From the NCBI GenBank assembly GCA_036867785.1, contig CP145425.1:620001-684000 (forward strand): a stretch of DNA of 64,000 nt. Direction: 5' to 3'. The DNA is from Plasmodiophora brassicae. Taxonomy: Eukaryota. The position numbers were made by a program, and so were the translations under genes. The notes beneath the pieces are model-generated. The model was given only the letters and a program-made list of their open reading frames with translations, was not told the origin of the DNA and made no database searches. Shown in pieces: positions 34,539 to 47,900 of this stretch (positions are counted from its first letter, which is position 1; each line of letters starts with the position of its first letter).

Positions 34539-34575
34539 ACATGGCGTGTATTTCGATAAAGGTTCTTCGCGCTTG

Positions 34576-35712
34576 TCAATAATCCCCATCCCATCCGTAC
34601 AGGTCCTGGTGTGGTACGCGCTCGATGTCGAATGCCTCCATATCCATTCGACGTCTATGGATGAAATTGGTGAGCCCGCATCCACAGCGAAACATGATTG
34701 AGAACTTGGGCTTCCTTAGGTCGAACCCTTTCATGAGTCTCTTCCATTTGCGTTTAACTCCTCCAATTCCCCACTCGACACGTACGCGATACCCGCCGTG
34801 CATCTTGTTGAATGCGCGGAGGACGTCATTGTCAATTCCCTCTAGCTCCAGATCACGGGCACGCCCCATGACAAACATCTCCATTCCAAGATATCCTGGG
34901 TCCCCGAGAAGGTACTCGAAGTATTGTTCATCATCATCATGTGTGAAGTGTTCACGCCAGTTCGTGGCAAGGTTTGACTGCCGGAGACAGTTCACATCGT
35001 GGAACGATCCAGGGTAGCCGGGGTCCACGTAGCGAATTAAGCCGAAGTGGTCGATGACAACGGTATTGTTCATGGCGTACATCTTCTTCCGGCCATTGAA
35101 CCAACGTCCGTGTTCTGGGTTGTTGTGAGGTCTGGGAATCCTGACCAGAGTTCCATCGATGTTCCCAATGCAGCCTGGCATTTCCGGTAACGTTCTACCC
35201 AGCATCTTCCGCTCGTGTTCGTCAGGCCAGTATATCTCCTGGTCCAGGATCGCCTCATTGATGCAGGTAGCAACGAATATTGCGTCGTCACAATGGGATG
35301 ACTTCGCCCAATTCCACTTCCCGCTGTCGTAGACAAAGTTGTTGTCGTGCTTGAAGTGTAGAATGAAACTGAGAAGCCGCTGTTCAGGACTGAGCTTGGG
35401 TGGTCGACCACCAGCACCTCGAATCTCGCCCGTACTACGAGCATAGAGCTCAATTACTGGACACACAAGCGAGCACAACTCCTCGAATTCGCTTGCGGTG
35501 AAGTTCGTTGTCGCCCTAAATAACGATGGCCGTCGTAGAAGATATGCGAGCTCATCGCGAACGCCAATGTCTGGGTCAACATACACCTGGTTATTAACGT
35601 TGTCGTCAAGTTCGTAGGGGTTGAAGAACTCATCCGTGTTGCCAATAGCCGCCATACAGCACCACGCCACCGCGTCAATCTCAAAGGAGTCATCGCTATC
35701 GTCAGAATGCAT
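34576..35712 (-). CDS. HARBI1-like DDE transposase (DDE_Tnp_4)
   Basis: CIGNIDGTLVRI, FNGRKK, YPGSFHD, LLGDPGY, FNKMHGGYRVRVEWGIG. Confidence 0.93.
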   Translation of the reverse strand: MHSDDSDDSFEIDAVAWCCMAAIGNTDEFFNPYELDDNVNNQVYVDPDIGVRDELAYLLRRPSLFRATTNFTASEFEELCSLVCPVIELYARSTGEIRGAGGRPPKLSPEQRLLSFILHFKHDNNFVYDSGKWNWAKSSHCDDAIFVATCINEAILDQEIYWPDEHERKMLGRTLPEMPGCIGNIDGTLVRIPRPHNNPEHGRWFNGRKKMYAMNNTVVIDHFGLIRYVDPGYPGSFHDVNCLRQSNLATNWREHFTHDDDEQYFEYLLGDPGYLGMEMFVMGRARDLELEGIDNDVLRAFNKMHGGYRVRVEWGIGGVKRKWKRLMKGFDLRKPKFSIMFRCGCGLTNFIHRRRMDMEAFDIERVPHQDLYGWDGDY

Positions 35713-38700
35713 AGAGGTCGATAGACAGATCGAGATCCAAGACAGCCTTCTAAGAAGATTCTGGCGTAGCCGAGCAGGAGGCCCCAAGACAGCCTTCTAA
35801 GAAGATTCTGGCGTAGCCGCGCGCGCAGGAGGCCCTAACTGGTAGCCAGTCACACTCAGTTGATCAGGTTTGCGGATAATCGACAAAACTGAGTTTCAGC
35901 TGTAACTGGTAGCCAGAACTGTGAGAAACTGGTAGGCAAGTTTGCGGATAACTTTAATATGATCGATATTGTGCAGTGGTGATCGACCGTGAGGGTAACC
36001 GTCCGGACGCCGCGAGGATCAAGCCTCAAGCGATACGATTCTGCTTTACCACGCCGCAACTGACCTGCATCGCGTTGAATCACCTGTTCCTGAACAATGT
36101 CGACCTGCTGATCGATTCGCAGATCAAGAAGCTTCCAGCGAGTCATGGCCTGACGACCCAAGACATTGAGGCCAAAATCGCGAATGAGACCGTCGATGAT
36201 CTACAACGCGTAGTGCTGGAAGGCATACGTGTTCCGTACGAGTTGGATTCCGGCTGACGCGGAGGCAACATCATGCCTGGCCATATCGCTGTCCAGTTGA
36301 AAAAGGCCACGTTCCGTGACGTTCAGCAACGAGACGTCACCTCAGCAGAAGGCAAAGGCATCGGAACCATAACGCGCACGGTGCAAGTTCCAGTCACGAC
36401 CCTGGAAACCGAAGTTGGCAATTTGACGCTGTATCTTGTGACCTACTACGTGTGCGACGAGATTCCTGTGATCCTGTTCGGTGACAATCTGCTAACGACT
36501 CTCGGCATCAATCCGCGTCAGCAACTCGAGAACATCATCGCGTCAGGATGCACCGAGATGGATACGCTCCTAGGATGTGCCGCAGTCGATGTCGATTGTA
36601 TCGAGACCGTGAGGCGAATTGCCGCGAGAATGGCAACGTTGCGAGGAGATCACTACCCAGTACCAGAGTCGGACTCTATGGAACCATCGTCAAGTGAAGT
36701 TGACTTGGGACCGATCAATGCTCACGAGATCGAAGCTTCTTGTAACCGGATGGTACACCAAGCACGTCTCAATGGCATGTCTCGTCAAGGAGTTGCTAAG
36801 CTACGATTGATCTTGCGACGACATCTGAACGAATTCCGCACGCGTCTGGGTCAAGATAAGCCTGTCGATGTCGAACCGATGGTAACACAACTCAAGCAGG
36901 ACGCTACTCCGTACCGGTGCAAGCCTCGGTTCTACAATCCTAAGCAGAAGGTGTTCCTAGACGACATGATCAGTATGCTGAAGGAGAACGGTCTTGTCTA
37001 CATAAACATGAACTCGCGATGGGCAAGTCCAGTCCTAGTCGTCAAGAAACCGAAAGGCGATGGCTATCTTCAGCTTCATGACGGACGACGCTGTATCCAC
37101 GCCTACGAGGAGCATTCAAGGGGGAATGAAACTCCCGAATGGCAGCTATCTTCGACGACATGAAGGAGAATTTGCTCATCGGGATTGACGACATTCTCGG
37201 ATTCGCGACGTCGGAGGAAGACCTTCTTCATCAACTGACACGAGAGTTGGAGCGGTGTCGCGAGCGCAACCTGAAGCAGAATCCGAACAAGTGCACGTTG
37301 TTCGCTCGCGAGTTGAAGTGGTGCGGCAGGATATACTCGCGAGAAGGAGTTCGGCATGATCCAGAACGCATCGAGGCACTGACCAGCATGCCACGCCCGA
37401 AGACCGCTAACGACCTGCAGCAGTTTCTGTGGGCGGCCAACTGGATGCGTACCCACGTACCCGGCTACGCAAGTATAGTACGACCGCTGCAAGAGCTGCT
37501 TGACATTGCCAACGAGGAGCTCAAGCGCATTCGATCATCATCGCCATCATGTGTCTCGCTGGACGCACTGGGCTGGTCCGATCAGCACAGCAAGTCATTC
37601 GAGGACGTGCGCTTCGCTTTGATTCAACACGTTCAGCTGGCATTTCCGAAGGAGGATCATCAGACCTGTCTGTTCACGGACGCCAGTGATGCAGCATGGT
37701 CGGCGGTGGTTACGCAGATCCCGATGGAAGACGTCAACCTGCCTGTATGCGAACAACGACATGAACCTCTCGCATTCTACGGCAAGCGCTTCTCAGGTGC
37801 AGAGATCAGATGGCCCACGATCGAGAAGGAGGCAGCCGCGATCATCAACGCTACGCAGCGCGGTGATTTCCTACTGCAGACATCCCGGGAGTTCCTGCTC
37901 TACTGCGATCATCGCAATCTGACGTTCATCTTCGACCGGAACTCGGAGATCAAGAAGCATACGGCGCCGAAGCTAGAGCGATGGGCATTGCATCTACAAG
38001 GCTTCAGCCTCAAGATGAAGGAGATCGCTGGAACCGACAACGTATGGGCAGACCTTCTGACCCGATGGGGAGCTGGTCGCATCGCACTGTCATGTAGAGC
38101 AACGCGCATCATGCAAATGGACGATTTGCGGGTCACTCCTCGGCAACACCCTGAATTCAGCTGGCCGACTGAAAAGGAGATCCGCGATTCGCAAAGCTTC
38201 CTGTCACGAGAGGAAAAGATCGTGGACGGGGTGTACTTCGATGAAGCTGATCGTCTGTGGAAGAACGAGAGCAAAGCCGTCCTTATTCCTTGTAATCAAG
38301 ACTGCAAGAGTCTACGCCTTCGAATCCTGGTCATTAGCCATTGGGCAAGCGCTGGTCATCGTGCGTCGGAAGTAACCAAGCAGATGATCACGGAGCGCTT
38401 CTTCTGGACCAAGATCAATCAGGACATTGAAGCGATGTGTCAGCAATGCTTGCATTGCATCACGACACGCGGTGGTAAGAAAGTTCCTCGGCCGCTCGGT
38501 GAAGCATTACATGGTCATCAGCCGTTCGACGTACTCACGATGGACTATCTCTATGTGGAGCCTGTCAGGGGCGCGGACCACAAGTACAAGTATATCCTGC
38601 TCTTGAAGGACGACTTCAGTGGTTATGTTCGTCTGATTCCATCAGCTGAAGCGACAAGTCGTGTTGCTGCGGAAGCTCTGAATCAGTGGATTGCCGATTT

Positions 38701-39470
38701 CGCGACGCCCGAGTACTTGGTCACGGACGGTGGTTCACACTTCACTGCAGAAGTCATGGAGGAGCTTACCCGGCTACGAGATGTTCAGCATCACATCACA
38801 ACGGCATATTGTCCGTGGGCTAACGGCACGGTGGAACGCGCGAACCGCACTGTGCTTAACGTCATGCGATCAGTCCTGAACGAGGCCCAGATTAGCACGC
38901 ACAACTGGCCGTACTAATGTCCTGTTGTTCAGCATGTCATCAACCACACACCAAGTCGACGACTCAACGGCTACGCGCCATTCACGGTTATCACGGGACG
39001 TTCACCGGAAAGCCCGCTTGACCAGATCTGGGACCCAGTAGAAAGACAGTGTCGACGAGTACCACCGGAGGGATTCGCCAAATACGTGCAGATGTTGCAA
39101 GAGACTCTCGACGAGATCCACAAGGCCGTCGATGAAGCGAAGGCACAGCGACATGCTGCCAATGTTAAGCAACGACGACGACGACTCAAGAGTAGTCCCT
39201 ACGAATCGTTCATCGTTGGCGACTACGTGCTCAATGCCAAACCGGTACCAGGTCCTGCGCAGAAGCTGATAGCGCAGTGGCAGGGACCGTATCGAGTTGT
39301 CAAGCAAATCAGCGAGCAAGTGTATGAGTTGGAGAACCCACTATCTGAACGACGCTTCAACGCACACACGCAACGAATTCGACGATATGCAGACGCTGAC
39401 TTGAACATGACCGTCGATTTGAAGCGCCACCTCCAACACACTGACCAGCATTTGATTGTTGACGACCTAT

Positions 39471-42400
39471 TGAAACGACGAAATCAGAGTGAGATATTTT
39501 GATGGATATAGAGCGAAGATATTGGGTGTGTCGGGCAACGTCGTAGACGTGAGACGCGGTGCACGTTACATCATCGCGGGCGGCGCTGACACCAGCCTTG
39601 CGGAGTGCGTGGCAGCGTCGGTGTGCTGCACGAGTGTGCTGCTGGATATGGAGTTGGACCCGCCCCCTCCAGCAGCACACGTCCTGGGACTGGTGTCGGT
39701 GATGCCCGCCAGGATAAGGTTCGCATGAAACGAAGTGCTGAGAGCGGGCTTCGTCAGGTAATCGGCGGCCATCTCGGCGGACGGGCACTTATGAACCACA
39801 ACCAGACCGGCCTCGACAGCCTCGCGGGTGTAATGAAACTGCACCTCGATATCTTTCGTGCGACCGTACATCCGACGATATCCGGACCATGCCTTCGCGC
39901 CTTGGTTATCCTCGTACACGATCGTCGGACCGGGACGCGGGAAGCCTATCTCGTCCAGGAACGTTCGGATCCAGGCAAGCTGCCGGGTAACGGCGCACAA
40001 CGATTTAATCTCGGCCTGCGTTGATGATAAACTGACCTTAACGGCGCCTAGGTCCTGGCGTCGTGACTGCCAATGAACGGGGCCGCCGGCCATCAGAATG
40101 ACATGGCCGGAACGGGACCGGCGTGTATCCGGATCGGAGGCCCAGTCAGCATCGGCGTATGCGAGCAAGAGATCCTGCGGTTGACGCTCGTAACGAATGC
40201 CGCGCGTCGTCGTACCCGCGAGGTACTTCAGAACACGTTGGCCCGCGCGCCAGTGAGAGATGCCGGGGTTTGACGAGAACTGGGCCAGCACGTTCGTTAT
40301 GTACGCGATGTCGGGACGGCAGCGATGGGCGAGCCATGTCAGACATCCGATGAGCTTCAGGTATGGTTTGTTCGCCATTTCGTCCCGTTCGATGTCCGAT
40401 TGGGGACTCATCGACTTGGTCAGATGAACGCCGGGTTGATGCGGCGTGTCGACCGGATGACAATTGGACATGTTGAAGTCGTCGAGTACCTTCTCAATGT
40501 ACTCAGCTTGATCGAGTGTGATGGCGCCTGTGTCAGGGTCGCGTCGGATCCGCATGCCGAGTAATGTCGATGGTTCACCTTGATCAGTGATCTCGGCCAT
40601 GGCAGAGAGCTGGACGAGAAGCGATTCTGCGAACACGACGTCGTTGTACGCCAGCAGGCCGTCGTCGGTGTGCACAGACATGACCATGAACTTGCCATCA
40701 CGGTTGTACCCGAAGACGCACGGGTCCGTGATGATCGTTTCGAAACCGAGCGAGAACAGCATATCGCGGAGCGTCTTGTACCAACGTTCGGCGCCTTGTT
40801 TTGTACCATAAAGAGCCTTCTTGAGTTGACGAACTCGATACGGGACATGGTGGTCAGTAAAGCCGTCCGGCTGGCGGATGTAGACATCGTGGAGCATGTC
40901 GGCGTTCAGATATGCGGCTACCCAGTCGACCTGTCGAAGATGCAGGTTGTACTGAGCTGCGAGCGCTAGAATCACGAAGAACGCGGTGGCACGGGCGGTC
41001 GGCGCGAAGTTGTCGTCGAAGTCGATGCCGCGGCGCTGTCTGAACCCTTGAGCGCAGAGACGAGCGCTGAACTTACGGATGCCACCGTCGTCACTGAGCG
41101 AAGACTTTGAGAAGGACAATAATGAAGTGGATGTATTACGTACGGCGTGTGCGGCGGACGTTACAGTGGCGACGTAGTCGCCGACGGTGTAACGGTTGCC
41201 AACGCCGGCGGGCACGGAGTCGCGGAGTGCGTGACGGCGTTCACGTGCTGCAGGCATGTGCTGCAGGTCGTAGTGGATACGTTGTTCGACAGACTTGACC
41301 CGGAACACCCACTTGGCGCCAACAGCGATCTTACCTTTCGGCAGGTCGATGAGCGGGCCGAACGTGTCCTTGGAGTCCAGCGTTGCCATCTGGGTGAGGG
41401 CAGCGTCCCACCAGTGGCCGGCGAACGACGATGAGAGGGCCTCGGCCATCGTATTAGGAACAGGAACATTGATCGCTTTCAGACTCGAGAGATCGGGTCA
41501 TGGTAGAGCTGCTGGGTCGATTGGCGCCTGTATCTTAACGCGGCAGGCGGAGACAATGCCACCACGAGCGGCCGGTCGATGGGATCGGATGGCCTCGCGG
41601 ATGAGCCGGTGTTCTTCGACCTGTCGCCAGTGGTGAATCTGGCGGCGCGATGGGCGTGGCGGACGTTGAATGGGGGCTGTCAGCACTGGGTGCTAGAACC
41701 AGGCGTCCACCGTTGACGCCCACCGGGTGGAGGACCGGTTTGCCTTCGCGGGACCCTTCCACCATTCGCCCGGTGGTTGACGGTGACGTGTAGATCGACG
41801 AGGATGCGGCATGTCCAGAACATCGTCGTCGGCGACGACATCAGCCGCAATATCCATGTCAGCAGGAGAGTCATCACCATCGTTGGCGGCATCAGCCGCA
41901 ATATCCATGTCAGCAGGAGAATCAGCACCAGCGTCGTTGCCGGCCTCCTGATGGTCCTTAACGTCGGCAGCAACGATGCTGGATGCGCGGTTGCCGTCGT
42001 GGTTATCAGCGTCGACAGCAGCGTCGTTACCAGAATGACCGACGTTGCCGGCGAGATCAGGCAGGGGAGCATGATGGGTATGCGCAGATGGTTGAAGACG
42101 ATCAGATGACGGAGACGACACGACATTGGATGACACCGGAACGGGGGATGCTGATGGTAGCGGTGGGATAACGGCGTCGGCAGCAGCGGGTGATGATGTA
42201 AGAACGGCAACGGTGGACGGGGAACTGGCGGTGAGTACGGGCGCGGCCTGTGAAGACTCGAGACCAGAGTTCGACCGCCCGAAGCCGAAGGTGAACGACG
42301 TTTCCAGGAATTCGGCCGTCGTGCTCTCGAATGTGTCACCTCGTTCGACGTCATAGAAGCGCCATGCCTTCATCCCTGGCGTAAAGCCGATGAATACAGC

Positions 42401-44910
42401 GCGAACGCGACGATGATCCAGCTTGGTCGTCTTCTTCGAAGAGGGGTGAGGGCGCATGGCGTACGCGTCGCAGCCGTAGACGCGCAGGGAAGAGACATCA
42501 GGTTTAGCGAAGCGAGCCGCCTGGAACGATGAGCGACGCCCCGGAAGGACGGATCGAGGATGGACATTGTAGAGGACGGCAGAATACGAGAGTGACCAGG
42601 GCCAGGTGAAATCGGGCATACGCGCGTGACACCGGATAGCGCCTTCGATACAGCACAGGCTGTAGTTGACAATTTCGGCTCGGCCGTTCTGCTCGGGCGT
42701 ATACGGAACCGACTTGCGATGAAGGATGCCGGACTCATTGTAGAACGTAACGCATACCTTGGAATTAAACTCGCCCCCGCCGTCTGTTTGGAAGTCGGAA
42801 ATGCCACGTCCCTCCTGGTTGCGGAACGTGCTTCGTAGTGCTTGATGACATCGAGGGCGTCCGATTTCCTCGACGGAGCAGGTAGACGGTCAGGTAGCTC
42901 GTTGAATCATCCAGCATGGTCTGGTAATACTCGAAACCGCCAATACCGACGACAGGCCACCGCCCGGAGAGGTCACTATGGACGAGATCGCCAACGTGAC
43001 GTGCTCGCGACGTACTGGGAGGGAATGATGAGCGCTTGCCTTTGGTGAGAAGACAGGCCTCGCATGGACATCGATCCTGAAGCTTGGGAATGGGCTGATC
43101 GAAGGCCATTCCCCGACAGCGGCGCTGCAGGAGACGCAGATTGACGTAGCCGAGAGGTCCAACGCGCGCGTGCCAAAGGGCGGGCGATGCGGAGGCGACT
43201 GTGGCGGCGCGGCAGGACACGCTGGGCGCACCCGATGAATAAATTTCAGTTGACGATGGGGCAGCGGGAGCACGCAGGGCGATCCTGTAGAGATTATCGG
43301 CTCCTCGCGTGCTGACCGCTAGCGGGGTCCCGACAGGGGACGTCCAGTTGTCCTTGGAATAGATGGTCGCGTTGGGCCCATCGAAGACGATCTTGTGCCC
43401 GGATCGGGTGAGCTGTCCAACGGAGACGAGCGCTTGGCCGAGTCGTGGGACGTGCAGCGAATCGATAGGCGCCATCTGGGACTGATCAGCGCCCAATGAC
43501 GTCACGCCACGTCCGGAAGTGGTCGTACGAGACAGGTCTGCAAGTTCAACAGTCGGTCCGGCGACATGTCGGTAAGCGCCGAGATGCTCGCGCAGGGGCG
43601 TCATTGTGGTGGAACATCCAGAATCGAGCAGGCCGACGGAACTGTTGTCTACGGCGGGGTGACGGGCAGACATGGCGCGAACCGGGACGTACTGATCAGG
43701 TTGCGACGATGTATTCGATGTCGTCCGCCACAACGAGCGCTGTAGGAAACAGTTGCCATTCGTGTACGGCTTCCTCGAGGTCGTATGTAGGACGCACAGT
43801 CCATCGCGTTCGGGAGCCTTGATCGGGTGTGCGGTGGCGCTTGCACGGTTCGCCGTTGCGAACGATATCTCCCGGTCAGCATGAGCCTCTTGAATGCGCT
43901 GCTCTTCTGATGTGAGCGTGGACACGACCTCAGTGACAGTAGGCCGCGGTTCGAGTCCACGACTGTGCAGGTTGGATGCGGCCGTGTCCAATTCTGATGA
44001 GGCGTTGCCAGCCATCAGGACAGCCAGGAAGGAATCCGTCATGTGAAGCATGTCGTTCGGGACTGTTGTACGGAAACGTTGGGCAGCGGCTTGCAGACGG
44101 GCCGCGTACAAGGCGACCGATTCACCGGCTTGCTGTCGAACACTGAACAAATCTTTAGAAGCACGAATGACAGACGAAAACGTGCAGGGTCGCAGCATGC
44201 GGAAGAGAGCGCGCCAGCATTGCGCCGATGTACCGGCGTACAGCAAGTTGTAGCCGATCAGAACGGTCTTGTCGACCATCTGAAACAAGAGTATCTCCCG
44301 AGCAGTTGCCTCCAGATCCGCGTCCACATTGTCGGGGATACTCGGAGTCGGCGATCCGTCCAGGTCGATGCCGACAATTCCAGCGAATCCACGGTTGGTA
44401 AACCAAGACGCGGCGGCGGGCGCCCAAGCGGCAAACGATTCGTGCTTGCCGTCGAACCGAGGCGGAGGCACGCGATCTGTACCTGGACGCACTACGCCGT
44501 CCACAATGGTTGGGCGAGGCTGCGTCGTCGGCGTCGTGGCGATGCAGGAGTACGATGCGGTTTGCTGTCGCAGGAATGCGATGCGCGCGATCTTCTCCTG
44601 TCGCTCGGCCTCAGCGAGCTGCGCGTCGAGATCTTGGACATCTGACTCCGCCGTTCGGCCGCGATCGCCATGACGTTGGACGCGAGCGAGACGCCCAGAG
44701 CGCGGTTACGACTGTTAATCTGAAACGACGAAATCAGAGTGAGATTTATTGATGGATATAGAGCGAAGATATTGGGTGTGACGGGCAACGTCGTAGACGT
44801 GAGACGCGCTGCACGTTACATCATCGCGGGCGGCGCTGACACCAGACTTTCGGAGTGCGTGGCAGCGTCGGTGTGCTGCACGAGTGTGCTGCTGGATATG
44901 GAGTTCGACA
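39471..44910 (-). mobile_element. Ty1/Copia LTR retrotransposon (frameshifted): Gag, protease, integrase, RT, RNase H
   Basis: 190-bp LTRs 39471-39660 and 44721-44910 with a few differences; PPT GGAGGGGGCG. LLDSGCS, VHSDL, WVFRVK..ARLCAQGF, KALYGTKQ, HTDD, YADADWA, YEDNQ; integrase upstream of RT. Confidence 0.95.
41108..41291 (-). mobile_element. Solo LTR (184 bp) of a related Copia family inside the Copia RT
   Basis: TG...CA ends, 5-bp TSD GACTT (41103-41107, 41292-41296). Begins TGTCGAAC on the minus strand like the host LTR. Confidence 0.85.
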
Positions 44911-47900
44911 ACCACTGAGGTCTGCTCGAAGGGCCTTGCCGTTCCGATCATGAAACTGCACGGCGAACACGGGACATTGACGCTGTACAACATGCGATTC
45001 TACATCTCGACGATGATTGCGAAGACGCTGCTCGGAAACCCGATTCTCACGGCTATGGGAATTGATCCCAAACAGCAGTTGGAGTCGCTGATGTTAACGA
45101 ACGTTGGGGTCATGCAGTTCGATGCTGACTCGCTCGAGACGGTGGAGAGGGTGACGGCCAAGATGATCGAACTGAGCGCCAACCACGGATGCAACCCCTA
45201 CGCGAACGGCGAAGGCGAGCCGACGCGCAGTGAGATCGATCTCGGAAAGGTTGATCCGTCTGGTATCAGCAAGGCTGTCAACGACATGATCAAGCAGGCT
45301 AAGAAGAATGGCATTTCGAGGCAAGGCTTGAGGCGACTGCGGAAGTTCTTGAACAAGCACATGAACGAATTCCGTACGACGCTGGGGTCTGACCCACCTG
45401 TGGACGTGGAACCATTGAGGACGGACCTGAAGGACGGTGCCACACCATATCGGTGCAAGCCGCGCATGTACAATCCGAAGCAAAAGGAGTTCTTGACGGA
45501 CATGATACGGATGCTGAAGGACAACGGCCTGATCTTTGCGAACATGAAACTCGAAGTGGGCCAGTCCTGTCCTGATCGTCAAGAAGCCACACAGGGACGG
45601 CTACCGACTATGCGTCGACCTTCGACAGGTGAACCTGCGATCTGAGCCAACTGTCTGGCCCATGCCGAACATCGAGGCGGGCGCCCGCAAACTCGAAGGT
45701 ATGTCGTGTTTCTTCAGCTTGGATGCCTTCAAGGGATTCTGGTTGATGCCTCTGGACAAATCTTGTCAAGAGATGTTTTCGTTCATGACAGACGATTCGG
45801 TTTGGACACCTACACGAAGCATCCAGGGCGGACTGAACACGGTCCCGCAATTCCAAGCAAGGATGGTGAACATCTTCGACGACCTGATGGATCGAATGAT
45901 GGTCTGGATTGATGATCTGCTGGGATTCGCGAAGACGGAGGCCGAGCTTCTGGAACTGCTGGCCAACGTATTCGAACGGGCACGCGAAGTCGGACTGAAG
46001 TTCAACCCTACGAAATGCACGATCTTCGCCAGGGAGCTGGTCTGGTGCGGGAAGATCTACTCTGGCAACGGCATTCGACATGACCCGGAACGGATAGCAG
46101 CTCTGACAAGCATGCCGGAGCCGAAGACGGTTAAAGACCTGCAGCAACTGATGTGGGCGGTGGGATGGATGCGCACGAGCATCCCGGATTACCCGTACAT
46201 CATCGAGCCACTACAGGAGGTCGTTGACCGGGCGAATGAGGAGCTGAAACGAACGAAGTCTAGTTCTTATGCCTCATTGACGGTGGACGCGATGGGCTGG
46301 TCTGAACGACAACGAGAAGGATTCGAGAAGCTGCGGGCGGTGCTGGTCGAACACGTGCAACTGGCCTACCCCAAGAAGGATTTCCAGACCTGCCTCTTCA
46401 CGGACGCAAGCGAATTCGCATGGTCAGCGGTCGTGACTCAGATTCCAATGGAGGACATCGTATTGCCGATCAGTGAGCAACGACATGAACCGCTGGCGTT
46501 CTACGGGAAACGCTTCGACAACACGCAGCTACGGTGGCCTATCATCGAGAAAGAGGCAGCGGCGATCGTCCCGGCGACTACGCGAGGCGATTTCTTGCTG
46601 CAAACCGGACGTGAGTTCCTGCTCTACTGCGATCATCGGAATCTACGATACATCTTCAACAACGACATGGAGATGAAGAAGCACACAGCCGCAAAGCTGG
46701 AGCGGTGGTCCGTTCATCTGCAGGATTCCGGTACAAAATGGTGGACATCAGCGGGGAGGACAATGCGTGGGCAGATCTACTGACGCGATGGGGCGCGGGT
46801 CGAATCGCGCTTACGTGTCGGGCAACTCGAGTCATGTCCATGGAAGCCCTGCGAGTAACCCCCATGGCGCACGACGGATTCGAATGGCCTCGTGAAGCCG
46901 ACATACGACAATCCCAGAAGCTGCTGACCGACGACGAGAAGGCAGCATTCAAGGCGCAATGGGATGATCGCGACAAACTGTCTCTGGACAGGTGTTAATT
47001 CCAAGCCATGATGACGCAGAGACGTTACGACTACGGATCCTGGTCGTGGCACACTGCGGCAGCGCTATGCATCGTGGAGGAACAACCACCAAAGAAGCGG
47101 TTATGAGACGATTCCGCTGGGCTGGAGTGGAGGAGCACGTGCAACAAATGTGCTATCAGTGCCTGCACTGCGTCACCACTCGAGGAGGAGAACGGGCTCC
47201 GCGGCCTCTGGGTCAGGCTGTTCACGGTCACGAAAGGTTTCAGGTGCTGCATATGGACTACATGTACGCCGAGCCGGTTCGCGGAGCGGACCACGACTAC
47301 AAGTATATATTGCTGCTCAAGGACGACTTCTCGGGACTCGTCCGCCTGATTCCTTGCACGAACGCGACGGCCCGGACTGCAGCTGATTCCCTGATGGCGT
47401 GGATCGCTGACTTCGGGACGCCAGAGATCCTGGTTACCGATGACGGTTCACATTTCACCGCTGAGGTGATGGAGGATTTGAGTCGGCTACGTCACGTTGC
47501 GCATCACATCACGTTGGCGTACTGTCCATGGTCGAATGGAACGGTCGAACGGGCGAATGGAACGGTCGTGGAGATGCTGAGGAGCCTACTGAATGAGAAC
47601 CTGATCGACACCCACAACTGGCCGTACGCATGTCAGCTGGTGCAGCATGCCATGAACCATGCGCCTTCAAGGCGTCACGGAGGTCATGCACCGGTGACGG
47701 CGGCGTTTGGCATCCTCTAGACCTGATCTGGGACTTGAAGGCTAGCGATTGGCGACCTGTGAATCCTGCGACTATTACTCAACACATCGAGAAGATGAAG
47801 GACGATTTCGACAACATACACAAGGATGTCGAGATGGGCAAAGAGAAGCGGCATCCAGCCAATGTCCAGCAGCGCAACAGGCAGCTACGTCCTGGAGACG

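Larger units (their letters stand above)
33586..35955. mobile_element. PIF/Harbinger-type (PHIS group) DNA transposon, apparently complete, 2370 bp
   Basis: TIRs AGAGTTATCCGTAAAC / AAAGTTATCCGCAAAC, 3-bp TSD AAT. Removing it restores the W2 gag sequence. Two convergent genes. Confidence 0.92.
33212..39470 (+). mobile_element. Ty3/Gypsy family W2, degenerate copy (5' LTR 33212-33400, internally deleted gag, broken pol, 3' end lost)
   Basis: LTR and pol near-identical to the reverse complement of 54289-59617. Interrupted by the Harbinger-type element and cut by the Copia LTR at 39471. Confidence 0.92.
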
